From positions 544,001-608,000 of the forward strand of contig CAWCKH010000003.1 in assembly GCA_963796055.1 (NCBI GenBank): a stretch of DNA of 64,000 nucleotides, written 5' to 3'. Position numbers and translations under genes: made by a program. The stretch is from an uncultured delta proteobacterium. Its GTDB lineage: Bacteria > Myxococcota > Myxococcia > Myxococcales > Myxococcaceae. This document shows, piece by piece, positions 47,248 to 58,632 of the stretch; within the stretch, counting starts at the first letter, position 1; each line of letters starts with the position of its first letter. The notes below the pieces were generated by a model, which worked only from the letters and a program-made list of their open reading frames with translations, was not told the DNA's origin and did no database searches.

Positions 47248-49121
47248 TCCGCGCCATGCGCCGTGTCCGGGTCATGGGGCCGCGGCGCGAGCTGGAGGCC
47301 ACCCTGCGTGTCCTCCAGGACCTGGGGTCGATGCACCTCGCCTCTCCTCCCCGGCTGCCGGCGCTCAACCCCTCTCCGACCACGCGACGCGAGCAGCGGC
47401 TGCTGCGCCAGCTGCGGGCGCTGGTGGCAGATGCCGAGACGGCCCGGACGCTCCTCGAGCTCCCGCAGACCCCCGTCACCGCGCCCCCTCCCGACCCGGT
47501 GCCCTGGGCCCGCTGGGCGCGCCAGGCGCGCCATCTCCGCCGCCGGGCGGAGCAGCTGCGGGAACGCCGGCAGCGCTTCGAGGAGGAGCGCGCGCTGCTC
47601 GGCAAGTACCGCGAGATGCTCGACGCCTTCTCCGGCCTCTTCGAGGCGGGCCAGATCCCCGCGGCGGTGCGCGCGTACCACATCATCCTCCGGCCCGGGC
47701 AGGCCTCGGTGGTCGAGCCGCTCCGCCAGGCGCTGGCCGAGGCGCTGGACTCGGCCTTCGAGCTCCGCACCCGGACCCTGTCCGCCGGCGACACCGCGCT
47801 CTTGCTGCTCGTCCCGCTGCCGCGCGCCGCCCGGGTGGAGCGGCTCCTGGGCGAGAGCGGAGTGCAGGAGGTCCCGCTCCCCGCGGGCTACGAGTGCGCC
47901 ACCGCGGCCGAGGCGCTCCCCAGGATGCGGGCCCGGCTCGAAGCCCTCCCCGCGCTGCTGGAGGAGGTCGACGGCGAGCGCAAGATTGAGGCAGCGGTGG
48001 CAGCGGGAGCGCTTCCCCCGATGCTCGCCGCCGCGCAGGACGCCATCACCCGCCTCGAGGCGGTGGGGCACGCGGCCTCCACCCGGACCGCGTTCGTCCT
48101 CGAGGGCTGGGTACCTGCGCCCGACCTCCCGGGACTCGGCGAAGCGCTTCGCCAGCGCATCGGCCCGGAGATCACCGTCGAGGAGCTGCCCGCAGCCCCG
48201 GACGTGGACGCTCCGGTGGTGCTCCAGAACCCACGCCTGTTCCGCCCCTTCCAGCTGCTGGTGGAGATGCTCCCCCTGCCGACCTACGGGAGCATCGACC
48301 CGACGCCGTTCGTGGCGGTGTTCTTCCCGATGTTCTTCGGCCTGATGCTCGGGGACATCGGCTACGGGGTGGTGATGCTCGGGCTGGGCGTGCTCCTCCA
48401 CCGCCGCTCGCGGCCGGGCACCCCGCTCCACGCCGTCGCCCAGATCGCCCTCGTCTGCTCGGTATTCACCATCATCTTCGGCGTGCTCTTCGGGGAGCTG
48501 TTCGGGGACGCGGGCCGCCGCCTGTTCGGGCTCCACCCGCTGGTGCTCGACCGCGAGGAGCCGAAGGACATCGTCTCCTTCCTGATCCTCTGCGTTGGCA
48601 TCGGCGGGGTGCACGTGCTGCTCGGCCTGGTGCTGGGCGTGTTCAACGCGGTGCACGGCCACCACCGGAGGCAGGCCGTCGGCCGCGGCCTCTCGGCGGT
48701 GATGATCCTGCTGGTCGTGGTGGCGCTGCTGGCGGCGGTGAAGCTCCTGCCCGCGCAGCTCCTCACCCCGGCGGTGGTGGTGCTCCTGATCGCCTTCCCC
48801 GTGCTGGTCATCGCCGAGGGCATCGTGGCCCCGGTGGAGCTGCTGGCCACCATGGGCAACATCCTCTCCTACGCCCGTATCATGGCGCTCGGGACGGCGT
48901 CGGTGATGCTCGCCGTGGTCGCCAACCGGCTGGCCGGCGCCATGGGCAGCGTGGTGGTGGGCGCCATCTTCGCCCTGCTCTTCCACCTGGTGAACTTCGC
49001 GCTCGGGCTCTTCAGCCCGACCGTGCACGCGCTCCGGCTCCACTACGTCGAGTTCTTCGGCCGGTTCTACAGCCCGGGCGGCGTGCGCTACCGACCGTTC
49101 ACCCACTGGAGGACGCACTGA
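47244..49121 (+). CDS. atpI: V/A-type ATP synthase subunit I (a)
   Basis: LEGWVP, PTYGSIDPTP, FGLMLGDIGYG, ILSYARIMA and HALRLHYVEFF. Confidence 0.95.
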   Translation: MIRAMRRVRVMGPRRELEATLRVLQDLGSMHLASPPRLPALNPSPTTRREQRLLRQLRALVADAETARTLLELPQTPVTAPPPDPVPWARWARQARHLRRRAEQLRERRQRFEEERALLGKYREMLDAFSGLFEAGQIPAAVRAYHIILRPGQASVVEPLRQALAEALDSAFELRTRTLSAGDTALLLLVPLPRAARVERLLGESGVQEVPLPAGYECATAAEALPRMRARLEALPALLEEVDGERKIEAAVAAGALPPMLAAAQDAITRLEAVGHAASTRTAFVLEGWVPAPDLPGLGEALRQRIGPEITVEELPAAPDVDAPVVLQNPRLFRPFQLLVEMLPLPTYGSIDPTPFVAVFFPMFFGLMLGDIGYGVVMLGLGVLLHRRSRPGTPLHAVAQIALVCSVFTIIFGVLFGELFGDAGRRLFGLHPLVLDREEPKDIVSFLILCVGIGGVHVLLGLVLGVFNAVHGHHRRQAVGRGLSAVMILLVVVALLAAVKLLPAQLLTPAVVVLLIAFPVLVIAEGIVAPVELLATMGNILSYARIMALGTASVMLAVVANRLAGAMGSVVVGAIFALLFHLVNFALGLFSPTVHALRLHYVEFFGRFYSPGGVRYRPFTHWRTH

Positions 49122-49342
49122 TGCAGCTCTTCTGGATCACCCTCAGTGCCGCGCTGGCCATCTCCATCCCCGCGCTGGCCACGGCCTGGGCGCAGTCGCG
49201 CATCGGCCCGGCGGCCGCGGCGAGCCTCGCCGAGAAGCCCGAGCTGAGCACGACGGTCATCGTGATGCTCGCCATCCCGGAGACGATGTCCATCCTCGGC
49301 TTCGTGGTGGCGATGTTCATCATGCTCCGCGCCGGGGCGTAG
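49121..49342 (+). CDS. atpK: V/A-type ATP synthase subunit K (c), single hairpin
   Basis: AWAQSRIG..AEKPE..AIPET. Confidence 0.92.
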   Translation: MQLFWITLSAALAISIPALATAWAQSRIGPAAAASLAEKPELSTTVIVMLAIPETMSILGFVVAMFIMLRAGA

Positions 49343-49346
49343 TGCC

Positions 49347-49928
49347 GTGCCGCTGCCGGACCTGCTCGAGGCGCTCGGGCGCTCGACCGACGAGGAGGTC
49401 GCCGGTCTTCTCTCGGCCGCCCGGGACGAGGCGGAGGCGATCCGCGCCACCGCCCGTGCCGGGGCCGAGGAGCGGCTGGGGCGCACCCTCGAGGCCGAGC
49501 GGGCGCGGCTCCGCCAAGAGGGGGAGCGGCGGCGGGTGGCGGCGCGCCGCGAGGCCACCGCGCGCCTGCTCCGTGCACGTGCCGCGCTCCTGGACCGGGT
49601 CTTCGAGGCCGCGCGCGCCCGGGCCCCGGCGGTGCTGGTGTGGCCGGAGTACGCCCCAGCGCTCGAGGCCACCGTCCGGAGCGTCCGGGAGCTCCTGGGG
49701 GCCGACCCTGGGACGCTGCGCTGCGCGCCCGGCGACCTCGAGCGGGTGCGCAGCTGGGTGGCGGGCTCGACGCTCTCGGTACTCCCTTCGCCGGAGGTCA
49801 CGGCCGGGCTGCACTGCACGGCGGACGGCGGCCGGCTCACCGTGGACCTCACCCTCCCGGTACGGCTGGAGAGGGAGCGCCCCACGCTGGCCATCGCGGT
49901 CGGGCAGGCGCTGGAGGTGGCGGGATGA
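49347..49928 (+). CDS. atpE: V/A-type ATP synthase subunit E
   Basis: Coiled-coil N-terminus; AGL..DGGRLTVDLTL..RLER; operon position. Confidence 0.8.
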   Translation: MPLPDLLEALGRSTDEEVAGLLSAARDEAEAIRATARAGAEERLGRTLEAERARLRQEGERRRVAARREATARLLRARAALLDRVFEAARARAPAVLVWPEYAPALEATVRSVRELLGADPGTLRCAPGDLERVRSWVAGSTLSVLPSPEVTAGLHCTADGGRLTVDLTLPVRLERERPTLAIAVGQALEVAG

Positions 49929-50929
49929 GCGGGCTGGACGCCGGCATCGCCCGCGCGCGCGGGCTTTCGACGCACCTCCTCGCGCCGGCGGCGCTGGACG
50001 AGCTGCGCACGGCGCAGGATCTGCAAACGGTCGCGGAGCGACTGCGCACCGGGCCCGACCCGGTCGTCCTCACCGGCCCCGGCGTGCCCACACCCGAGGC
50101 GCTGGAGGCCGCCATCCGTCGCCGGGCCGGCGCGCGGCTGGCGGCGCTCGCGCGGTGGTGCGTGGACGTGCCGGACGTGCTCACGGTGCTGCTGGGCGAG
50201 GAGGACCGGCGCGATCTCCGCCTGCTGCTCCACGGCGTGGTCGAGGGCGCCGCGCCGGCCGATCGCCTCCGGGGCACGCTGCCCACGCCCACCCTGCCCA
50301 CGGGGGCGCTGGCCACCCTGGCCGCGCAGACCACCGTGCGCGCCATGGCCGCTCTGCTCGCCGCCTGGCGCCACCCGGACGCTGCCGCGCTCGCCAGCAT
50401 CAAGGCCCCGGGCCCCCCGGATCTCCTCGCCCTGGACGCCGCCCTCACCCGCTCCTGGGCGGCGCGCGCCGCCAGCGCCGCGGCCCGGGTGGACGCCGAG
50501 CTCCGCCGCTACGTCGCAGCCACCATTGATCTGGAAAATGCGCTCACCGCGGTGATGCTGGCCGGGAGCACCGGCGACCGCCCCGAGCTCGAGCCCGTCC
50601 CCGGAGGCGCGCGTTTCCCCGTGCGGGCGTGGAAGGCCATCGCCAGTGCGGGCTCGGTGGCGGCGGCGCTGGTGCTGGCCCGGCAGGGCTTCGCCCGGTC
50701 TCCGTTCGAGCGCGCCTTCTCCGGGGCGGGCGGCGCGGCGCTGGCGAGAGATCGAGCCTGGGCGGCGGCGCTGGACATCGCGCGGGCCCGGGCGCGCACC
50801 GCGCCGCTGAGCTCGGCGCCGCTCATCGCCTACGTGCTCGGGGTGCGCGACGAGGTCCAAGAGCTGCAGCGGCTGGTCTGGGGCGTGGCGCTCGGGGCGC
50901 CGGCGGCGGCGAGGCGAGGGCGCCGATGA
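49925..50929 (+). CDS. atpC: V/A-type ATP synthase subunit C (d)
   Basis: ARARGLSTHLL, IDLENA and PLIAYV..EVQEL; operon position. Confidence 0.8.
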   Translation: MSGLDAGIARARGLSTHLLAPAALDELRTAQDLQTVAERLRTGPDPVVLTGPGVPTPEALEAAIRRRAGARLAALARWCVDVPDVLTVLLGEEDRRDLRLLLHGVVEGAAPADRLRGTLPTPTLPTGALATLAAQTTVRAMAALLAAWRHPDAAALASIKAPGPPDLLALDAALTRSWAARAASAAARVDAELRRYVAATIDLENALTAVMLAGSTGDRPELEPVPGGARFPVRAWKAIASAGSVAAALVLARQGFARSPFERAFSGAGGAALARDRAWAAALDIARARARTAPLSSAPLIAYVLGVRDEVQELQRLVWGVALGAPAAARRGRR

Positions 50930-51255
50930 GCGACCTCCGCGTGGCCCTCCTCTGCCGGCCGGAGGTGGCGCCTGCGTTCGCCCTGGCCGGGTTCCGGCCG
51001 CTGGTCGTTCCGGACGCCGAGGACGCGGCACGGCGGCTGACCACCCTGCTCTCCGACCCCCGCATCGGCCTGGTGCTCATCGAGGCGCCGCTCCACGACG
51101 GTCTGGACGCCGACCTCCAGCGGCGCCTCTCCGCCCGGCCGGTGCCGCTGGTGGTGCCAGTCCCCGCCCCGAGCTGGGCCGAGCACGCCGCCGCGGACCA
51201 GGTCATCGTCGAGCTGCTCCGGCGGGCCATCGGCTACCAGGTGCGGCTGCGATGA
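50926..51255 (+). CDS. atpF: V/A-type ATP synthase subunit F
   Basis: FALAG, IGLVLI, PLVVPVP and LLRRAIG. Confidence 0.88.
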   Translation: MSDLRVALLCRPEVAPAFALAGFRPLVVPDAEDAARRLTTLLSDPRIGLVLIEAPLHDGLDADLQRRLSARPVPLVVPVPAPSWAEHAAADQVIVELLRRAIGYQVRLR

Positions 51256-53000
51256 GCCCCATGCGCGTCCAGAGGATCAACGGCTCGCTGGTCGAGGCTG
51301 CGCCGGCCTCAGGGGTCGCGCTGTACGAGCTCGCCCACGTGGGCGAGGCAAAGCTGCTCGCCGAGGTCATCGGCCTGTCGGGCGACGTCGCCATCCTCCA
51401 GGTGTACGAGGACACCAACGGGCTCTCGGTGGGAGAGCCGGTGCAGGCGACCGGAGGGACGCTGCAGGCGGAGCTCGGGCCGGGACTCCTGGGCTCCATC
51501 CTCGACGGCCTCGGACGCCCGCTCGACGTGCTCGCCGCCGAGACCGGGCCCTTCGTGCCGCCCGGCCGGGAGCTGCGGATGCTGGATGCGGCGCGGAGCT
51601 GGCGGTTCGTCCCTTCGCTCGAGGTCGGAGCCCGCGTGGGCGGTGGGGACGTGCTCGGCTCGGTGGAGGAGCGTCCCGGCTTCGCCCACCGCATCCTCGT
51701 GCCACCCGGGGTGGAGGGGACGCTGGCCTCGCTCGCCGGCGGCAACCTCACCGTGGATCAGCCCGTGGGGACGCTGGAGGACGGCACCGCGCTCCGGCTC
51801 TCGCACCGCTGGCCCGTACGTCGCCCTCGGCCAGTGGCCGGGCGGTTGCCACTGGGTCGGCCCTTCCTGACCGGCCAGCGCATCCTGGATTTGCTCTTCC
51901 CCGTGGCCGAGGGCGGGACGGTGGCGGTGCCCGGCGGGTTCGGCACCGGGAAGACGGTCATCGAGCAGTCACTGGCCAAGCACGGCGACGCCGACGTGGT
52001 GGTCTACATCGGCTGCGGCGAGCGGGGGAACGAGATGGCCGAGGTGCTCTCGGAGTTCCCGCGCCTGGCCGACCCGCGTACCGGCCGGTCGATCATGGAC
52101 CGCACGGTGATGGTGGTGAACACCTCGAACATGCCGGTCGCCGCGCGCGAGGCCTCGGTGTACCTGGGCATCACCATCGCCGAGTACTTCCGCGACCTCG
52201 GCCTCCGGGTCGCGCTGATGGCGGACAGCCTCTCGCGCTGGGCCGAGGCGCTGCGGGAGATCGGCGCTCGGCTGCAAGAAATGCCCGGCGAGGAGGGCTA
52301 CCCCACCTACCTCGCCAGCCGCCTGGCCAAGTTCTACGAGCGCGCCGGCCGTGCGAAGGCCGTGGGCCGTCCGGAGCGCGAGGGCGTGCTGACCCTCATC
52401 AGCGCGGTGTCCCCTCCCGGTGGAGACCTCTCCGAGCCAGTGAGCCAGGCCACCCTCCGGGTCGCGGGGACGCTCTGGGCGCTCGACGCCGAGCTGGCAC
52501 ACCAGCGGCAGTTCCCCGCGGTGGACTGGGCCACGAGCTACAGCCTGCACGCGGACCAGACCACGCCCTGGTTCGCCGAGTCGGTGGACGCCCGCTGGTC
52601 GGCGGTGCGCGCCCGCACGCTCGAGCTGCTCCAGCGCGACCGGGAGCTCCGGGAGATCGCCGGGCTCATCGGCCCCGAGGCGCTCCAGGACGCGGACCGC
52701 CTGGTGCTCTCCGTGGCCCAGCTGCTCCGGGAGGTGGTGCTCGGGCAGAGCGCGTACCATCCCCACGACGCGCGCTCCTCGCCGGAGAAGACGTTCCACC
52801 TCGCGTCGCTGGCGTGCGGCGTGGCGGACCGGGTGGCCGCACGGCTGCAGGCCGGCACGGCGCTGTCGGAGCTCGACCTGGGCCCGCTCCGCCGTGCCCT
52901 GGTGGCCTTGCGCGACGGGGCGCCCGACGAGCTGGCGGCCCGGACGGCGGCGGCGACGGCGGAGCTGGATCGGCTCTCGGGAGCGGAGGCGTCGCGATGA
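51252..53000 (+). CDS. atpA: V/A-type ATP synthase subunit A
   Basis: PGGFGTGKT, GCGERGNE, NTSNMPVAARE and MPGEEGYPTYL. Confidence 0.97.
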   Translation: MSPMRVQRINGSLVEAAPASGVALYELAHVGEAKLLAEVIGLSGDVAILQVYEDTNGLSVGEPVQATGGTLQAELGPGLLGSILDGLGRPLDVLAAETGPFVPPGRELRMLDAARSWRFVPSLEVGARVGGGDVLGSVEERPGFAHRILVPPGVEGTLASLAGGNLTVDQPVGTLEDGTALRLSHRWPVRRPRPVAGRLPLGRPFLTGQRILDLLFPVAEGGTVAVPGGFGTGKTVIEQSLAKHGDADVVVYIGCGERGNEMAEVLSEFPRLADPRTGRSIMDRTVMVVNTSNMPVAAREASVYLGITIAEYFRDLGLRVALMADSLSRWAEALREIGARLQEMPGEEGYPTYLASRLAKFYERAGRAKAVGRPEREGVLTLISAVSPPGGDLSEPVSQATLRVAGTLWALDAELAHQRQFPAVDWATSYSLHADQTTPWFAESVDARWSAVRARTLELLQRDRELREIAGLIGPEALQDADRLVLSVAQLLREVVLGQSAYHPHDARSSPEKTFHLASLACGVADRVAARLQAGTALSELDLGPLRRALVALRDGAPDELAARTAAATAELDRLSGAEASR

Positions 53001-54379
53001 GCGCCCTTCCCCGCAGCGTGGCGGGCGCCACCGGGATCCGCGGACCGCTGGTCTTCGTGGAGCACGTGCGCCGGGTGGCGCTCGGGGAGCAGGTGGAGAT
53101 CTCCCTCGAGGGCCGACGCTGGCAGGCGCAGGTCATCGACGCGGGCGAGCGGCACACGGTGCTCCAGCTGCTCGAGGAGGGGCTGGGGCTGGTGCCCGGG
53201 CGCGTCCGGCTCGCGTTCATGGGCGACGTCGCGAAGGCGGTGGTGGGGCGCGAGCTCCTCGGACGCGTCTTCAGCGGGCTCGGCGCGCCCCTGGACGGAC
53301 TGCCTCCGCCGGTGGGCGAGGCGCTCCGCCCCCTGAACGGCGCTCCGCTCAACCCGGCGGCGCGGCTGCCCCCCAAGGAGCTGATCGAGACCGGCGTCTC
53401 CGCCATCGACGGGATGAACACGCTGGTCCGCGGCCAGAAGCTGCCAATCTTCTCGGGCCCGGGCCTGCCGGCGCTGGAGCTCGCGGCGCGCATCGTGGAA
53501 TGGGCCCGCGCGCCCAAGGGCGAGCCTTTCGCGGTGGTGTTCGTGGGCGTCGGCATCACCGCCCGCGAGGCCGGCGAGTTCCTCGAGCGGTTCGAGACCA
53601 GCGGGGCGCTCGAGCGCAGTGTGGTGTTCCTCAACGAGGCCCGCGACCCGACCATCGAGCGGCTGCTCGCTCCACGGGTGGCGCTGGCCGAGGCCGAGTA
53701 CCTGGCCTACGAGCACGGGCTCCACGTGCTGGTGGTGATGGCCGACGTGACCAGCTACTGCGAGGCGCTGCGCGAGCTGGCCACCGCGCGGCAGGAGATC
53801 CCCGGACGGCGCGGCTACCCCGGCTACATGTACACCGACCTGGCCTCGCTCTTCGAGCGGGCGGGGCTGGTCCGCGGACGGACCGGCTCGGTGACGCAGC
53901 TCCCGGTGCTCACCATGCCCGACGACGACCTGACCCACCCCATCCCCGACCTGACCGGGTACATCACCGAGGGCCAGGTGGTCCTCGGGCGCGATCTGCA
54001 TCGCCGCGGCGTCTTCCCGCCCATCGACGTGCTGCCCTCGCTCTCCCGGCTGATGAACGCCGGGATCGGGGAGGGCCGGAGCGCGCCCGAGCACCGCGAG
54101 TGGGCGGACCAGCTGTACGCGCTGTACGCCCGGGGTACCGAGGCGCGGCTGATGGCCACCATCGTCGGCGAGAGCGGGCTACTCCCCGCGGACCGCCGGG
54201 CGCTGGTCTTCGTCGACCGGTTCGAGCACACGCTGGTGGGACAGGGGCGCGCGCGCCGGACGCTGACCGAGACGCTGGAGGCGGGCTGGTCGCTGATGGA
54301 GGGGTTCCCCCGGGAGGACCTGCTGCGGATCCGCGAGGCGACGTGGGAGCGCCGCTTCGGGAAGGGAGCGGGACGGTGA
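52997..54379 (+). CDS. atpB: V/A-type ATP synthase subunit B
   Basis: TLVRGQKLPIFS, PGRRGYPGYMYTDL, THPIPDLTGYITEGQ and LPSLSRLM. Confidence 0.97.
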   Translation: MSALPRSVAGATGIRGPLVFVEHVRRVALGEQVEISLEGRRWQAQVIDAGERHTVLQLLEEGLGLVPGRVRLAFMGDVAKAVVGRELLGRVFSGLGAPLDGLPPPVGEALRPLNGAPLNPAARLPPKELIETGVSAIDGMNTLVRGQKLPIFSGPGLPALELAARIVEWARAPKGEPFAVVFVGVGITAREAGEFLERFETSGALERSVVFLNEARDPTIERLLAPRVALAEAEYLAYEHGLHVLVVMADVTSYCEALRELATARQEIPGRRGYPGYMYTDLASLFERAGLVRGRTGSVTQLPVLTMPDDDLTHPIPDLTGYITEGQVVLGRDLHRRGVFPPIDVLPSLSRLMNAGIGEGRSAPEHREWADQLYALYARGTEARLMATIVGESGLLPADRRALVFVDRFEHTLVGQGRARRTLTETLEAGWSLMEGFPREDLLRIREATWERRFGKGAGR

Positions 54380-55002
54380 GCGAGGCGCGGCTGCCGGCGA
54401 CCCGCCTCGGGCTGCTCCGGGCCCAGCGGCGGCTGGTGCGGCTGGAGCGGGGGACGTCGTTGCTCCGCAGGAAGCGCGAGGCGCTGGTGGCGGAGCTGTT
54501 CTCCCTGGCGCGTTCGGCGCTGGACACCCGCGAGCAGATCGACGCCCAGGCCCGCGCCGCCTGGCCGGTGTACCTGGACGCGCTGGCCGCCGAGGGCGCC
54601 GGGGCGCTGACCGGCCTCGCCTGGCCCTCGCGCGAGCTCGCGGTGCGGGTCACGGCCCGGGTGGTGTGGGGGGTACCGGTGGCGGACCTCGAGGCCGCCG
54701 GGCCCATCGTTCGCACCCTCGCCGCCCGGGGGCTACCTCCGGGGCCCGTCCCGGCAGCGGTGGAGGCGGCGGAGGCCTTCGAGCGCCTGACGGACCTGCT
54801 CGTCCGTGCCGCGCCACGCGAGATGCTCCTCCGTCGCCTCGGCGAGGCGCTCGCCCAGACGACGCGTCAGGTGAACCGGCTGGAGCGCCGGGTGGCCCCG
54901 GGCCTCCGGCGACAGGCGGCCCGCGTCCGCTCGGCGCTGGACGAGCGGGAGCGCGAGGAGCACGTGCGGCTGGGGCTCCTCGCACGCCGCGCGCCTGGCT
55001 GA
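54376..55002 (+). CDS. atpD: V/A-type ATP synthase subunit D
   Basis: PATRLGLL, LLRRKREAL, TTRQVNRLE and LDEREREE. Confidence 0.92.
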   Translation: MSEARLPATRLGLLRAQRRLVRLERGTSLLRRKREALVAELFSLARSALDTREQIDAQARAAWPVYLDALAAEGAGALTGLAWPSRELAVRVTARVVWGVPVADLEAAGPIVRTLAARGLPPGPVPAAVEAAEAFERLTDLLVRAAPREMLLRRLGEALAQTTRQVNRLERRVAPGLRRQAARVRSALDEREREEHVRLGLLARRAPG

Positions 55003-55079
55003 GGCATTGCACCGGGGAGTCGGGGCGAGGTTTGCTCCCCGGCCGTGAGCCCCCGGAATCCCGACGCGGTCTACGCCCG

Positions 55080-56228
<1,149 letters not shown>

Positions 56229-56246
56229 GGCTGCGCCGTGCTGGAC

Positions 56247-56654
56247 TCAGCGGGTCCCGAGCTGCTCCAGCGCACGGCGGAGGCGTACGTCCGCCTCCTC
56301 GGCGATGGGCATGATCTCCTTGCGCTGGATGACGCCGAGCATCGCCTCGGGCTTGACCACCTGGACCACCGCACCCTGGGGGCTCTCCGAGACCACCACG
56401 TTGCACGGCAGGAGCAGGCCCACCCCGGGTTCAATGGAGAGCGCCCGGTGCGCGAGCTGGGGGTTGCACGCTCCGAGGATGATGTAGCGCTGGAAGTCCA
56501 CGCCCAGCTTCTGCTTCAGCGTCTCCTTCACGTCGATGGTGGTGAGCACGCCGAAGCCTTCCTTCTTCAGGGCCTCGGTGACCCGGGCGACCGCCTCCTC
56601 GTACCCGACTCCCGCGAGGGTGCGCGTGTATCCGTAGCTGATCTCGGTTCCCAT
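56247..56654 (-). CDS. DUF302 domain protein
   Basis: ALKKEGFGVLTTIDV, YIILGACNP and GLLLPCNVVV. Confidence 0.92.
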   Translation of the reverse strand: MGTEISYGYTRTLAGVGYEEAVARVTEALKKEGFGVLTTIDVKETLKQKLGVDFQRYIILGACNPQLAHRALSIEPGVGLLLPCNVVVSESPQGAVVQVVKPEAMLGVIQRKEIMPIAEEADVRLRRALEQLGTR

Positions 56655-56664
56655 TCGCTCACTC

Positions 56665-58632
56665 CTAGAGCCCGAAAGGGTACGTCTCGGGAAGGCCCGG
56701 CTCCAGCGGCCCTCCCCCGAGCGGCTGCAGGGCGGACGTCCGGTCGAACCAGATCCACTCGTCGAACTGGCGCGGCAGGCTGGCCCGGAAGTAGTGGCTC
56801 TGCAGCTCGGTCTCCGGGCGGTAGATGACGCCGATGGCCCGCTCCAGCCTGGGGGCGGTCAGCTCGTCGCGCAGCACCTCGCGCCTGGGATGGCGGAGCG
56901 AGAGCAGGAACCCCGGAGTCTGTGTCCGGTGGCAGAGCGCCTCGTAACTCCGGGGGTCCGCCGGACGCACCCGCTTCACCTCGTGGGGTTCACCCCAGTT
57001 GGTCGCGGCCACCACCGTGCCGTGGTCGGTCCCGAAGCCCACCAGCCGGATGTCCGGGCCGAAACGCTCGCGGCACAGCTGCCCGAGCGTGTGCTCGCCC
57101 ATGGCACCCATCTCGGTGGCGGTGGCGTCCCCCACGTGCGAGTTGTGGGCCCAGACCACCACCCGCGCCTCCGGACCGAGAAAGGCGAGGAGCGCGCCGA
57201 GCGTGTCCGCCATGTGCCGGTCGCGCAGGTTCCAGGACGCCACGTTCCCCCGGTACATCGCCCGGTAGTAGGCCTCGGCGTCCGCCACCACCCGCGCGTT
57301 CTCCGAGGCGTCGAAGAAGCGCTCACCGTCGCGCGCCTCGTAGTCGAGGCGCCGGCCCAGCAGATCCACCAGCACCTGCACCACCTCGGCCTCGCAGCTC
57401 TCGAAGCGTCCGCTGACCACTGCCCGTCCGTAGGCGGCGGGGTCCGCCTGCCAGGGGGTGAGCATCCCGTACCGCGCCCGGGCCACCGCCGCGGCCCCGC
57501 GGTCCACCTGCTCCAGGTACTGCAGCACGGCATCGGCCGAGGTGAAGAGACTGTAGAGGTCCAGCCCGTAGAACCCGGCGCGACGCTGGGGCTCCACCCG
57601 GGTGTTGTGCACCCGTAGCCACTCGGCGAAGAGCCTCACCTCCTCGTTGCGCCACATCCAGGTGGGGAAGCGCGAGAACGGCTTCCATGGCGCCGAGGAG
57701 GGCGGGAGATGGCGGACGTAGCGGTCCACCCGGGCGGCGTCGGGCCAGTCGCCCTCGACGGCCACCGCGCGGAATCCGTTCCGCTCGATCAGCGCCCGGC
57801 TGATCCTGGCGCGCATCCGGTAGAACTCATGGGTGCCATGGGTGGCCTCTCCGAGCAGCACCACCCGGGCAGAGCCGATGCGCTCCAGCAGCGCGTCGAG
57901 CTCGGCCGACTCGACGTCCTCCATCGGCTGGGCGCACTCGTGCAGGAGCGCCACCACCGCGGACTCCGAGGCGCGCGGCGTCGGAGCCCAGCCATGCTCC
58001 CCGACGAGCGGAACGAAGCGCACGTCGCCAAGCTCCTCGCGCCTGAGCACGCCGTCGCTCGTCCGCCGGATGCGGACCAGGGTCTGCTCCTCGGCGTGCC
58101 CGATCGGCATCACCAGGGCTCCGCCCGGGGCGAGCTGCTCGACGAGGGCCGGCGGGACGGACGGTCCGCCCGCGGCGACCAGGATGGCATCGTATGGGGC
58201 ATGCTCCGGCCAGCCGCGGGTGCCGTCTGCGTGGAGCACGTGCACGTTGTGGTAGCCGAGCTCCGCAAGCAGCTTCCGGGCGCCCTCGGCCAGCACCCCG
58301 TGACGCTCCACCGAGTACACCTCGGCGGCCACGCGCGAGGCCACCGCGGCCGCATACCCCGAGCCAGTGCCCACCTCGAGCACCCGCTGCCCCGGCTTCA
58401 CTCCGGCGGCCTCCGTCATCCAGGCGACGACGTAGGGCTGGGAGATGGTCTGCCCCTCGGCGATGGGGAGGGGGATGTCCTGGTAGGCGAACTCGGCCAG
58501 CCCCTCGGGGAGGAACCGGTGCCGGGGCACCTCGCCGAAGGCCCGGAGGATGTCCGCATCCGCGATGCCGCGCGCAGCGAGCGTCCGCACCAGGCGCTCG
58601 CGGATGAGATCGAAGCTGCTCACGGCCGTCAC
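56665..58632 (-). CDS. pcm: Protein-L-isoaspartate O-methyltransferase fused to an erythromycin-esterase-family domain
   Basis: QTISQP, VLEVGTGSGY and VRFVPL, then LLGEATHGTHEFY, WNLRDRHM, WAHNSH and RAIGVIYRP. Confidence 0.92.
   Translation of the reverse strand: MTAVSSFDLIRERLVRTLAARGIADADILRAFGEVPRHRFLPEGLAEFAYQDIPLPIAEGQTISQPYVVAWMTEAAGVKPGQRVLEVGTGSGYAAAVASRVAAEVYSVERHGVLAEGARKLLAELGYHNVHVLHADGTRGWPEHAPYDAILVAAGGPSVPPALVEQLAPGGALVMPIGHAEEQTLVRIRRTSDGVLRREELGDVRFVPLVGEHGWAPTPRASESAVVALLHECAQPMEDVESAELDALLERIGSARVVLLGEATHGTHEFYRMRARISRALIERNGFRAVAVEGDWPDAARVDRYVRHLPPSSAPWKPFSRFPTWMWRNEEVRLFAEWLRVHNTRVEPQRRAGFYGLDLYSLFTSADAVLQYLEQVDRGAAAVARARYGMLTPWQADPAAYGRAVVSGRFESCEAEVVQVLVDLLGRRLDYEARDGERFFDASENARVVADAEAYYRAMYRGNVASWNLRDRHMADTLGALLAFLGPEARVVVWAHNSHVGDATATEMGAMGEHTLGQLCRERFGPDIRLVGFGTDHGTVVAATNWGEPHEVKRVRPADPRSYEALCHRTQTPGFLLSLRHPRREVLRDELTAPRLERAIGVIYRPETELQSHYFRASLPRQFDEWIWFDRTSALQPLGGGPLEPGLPETYPFGL

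Noticed and set aside
56665..58632. Macrolide resistance from the erythromycin-esterase domain
   Set aside because: The Pcm-esterase fusion is widespread and is not evidence of resistance
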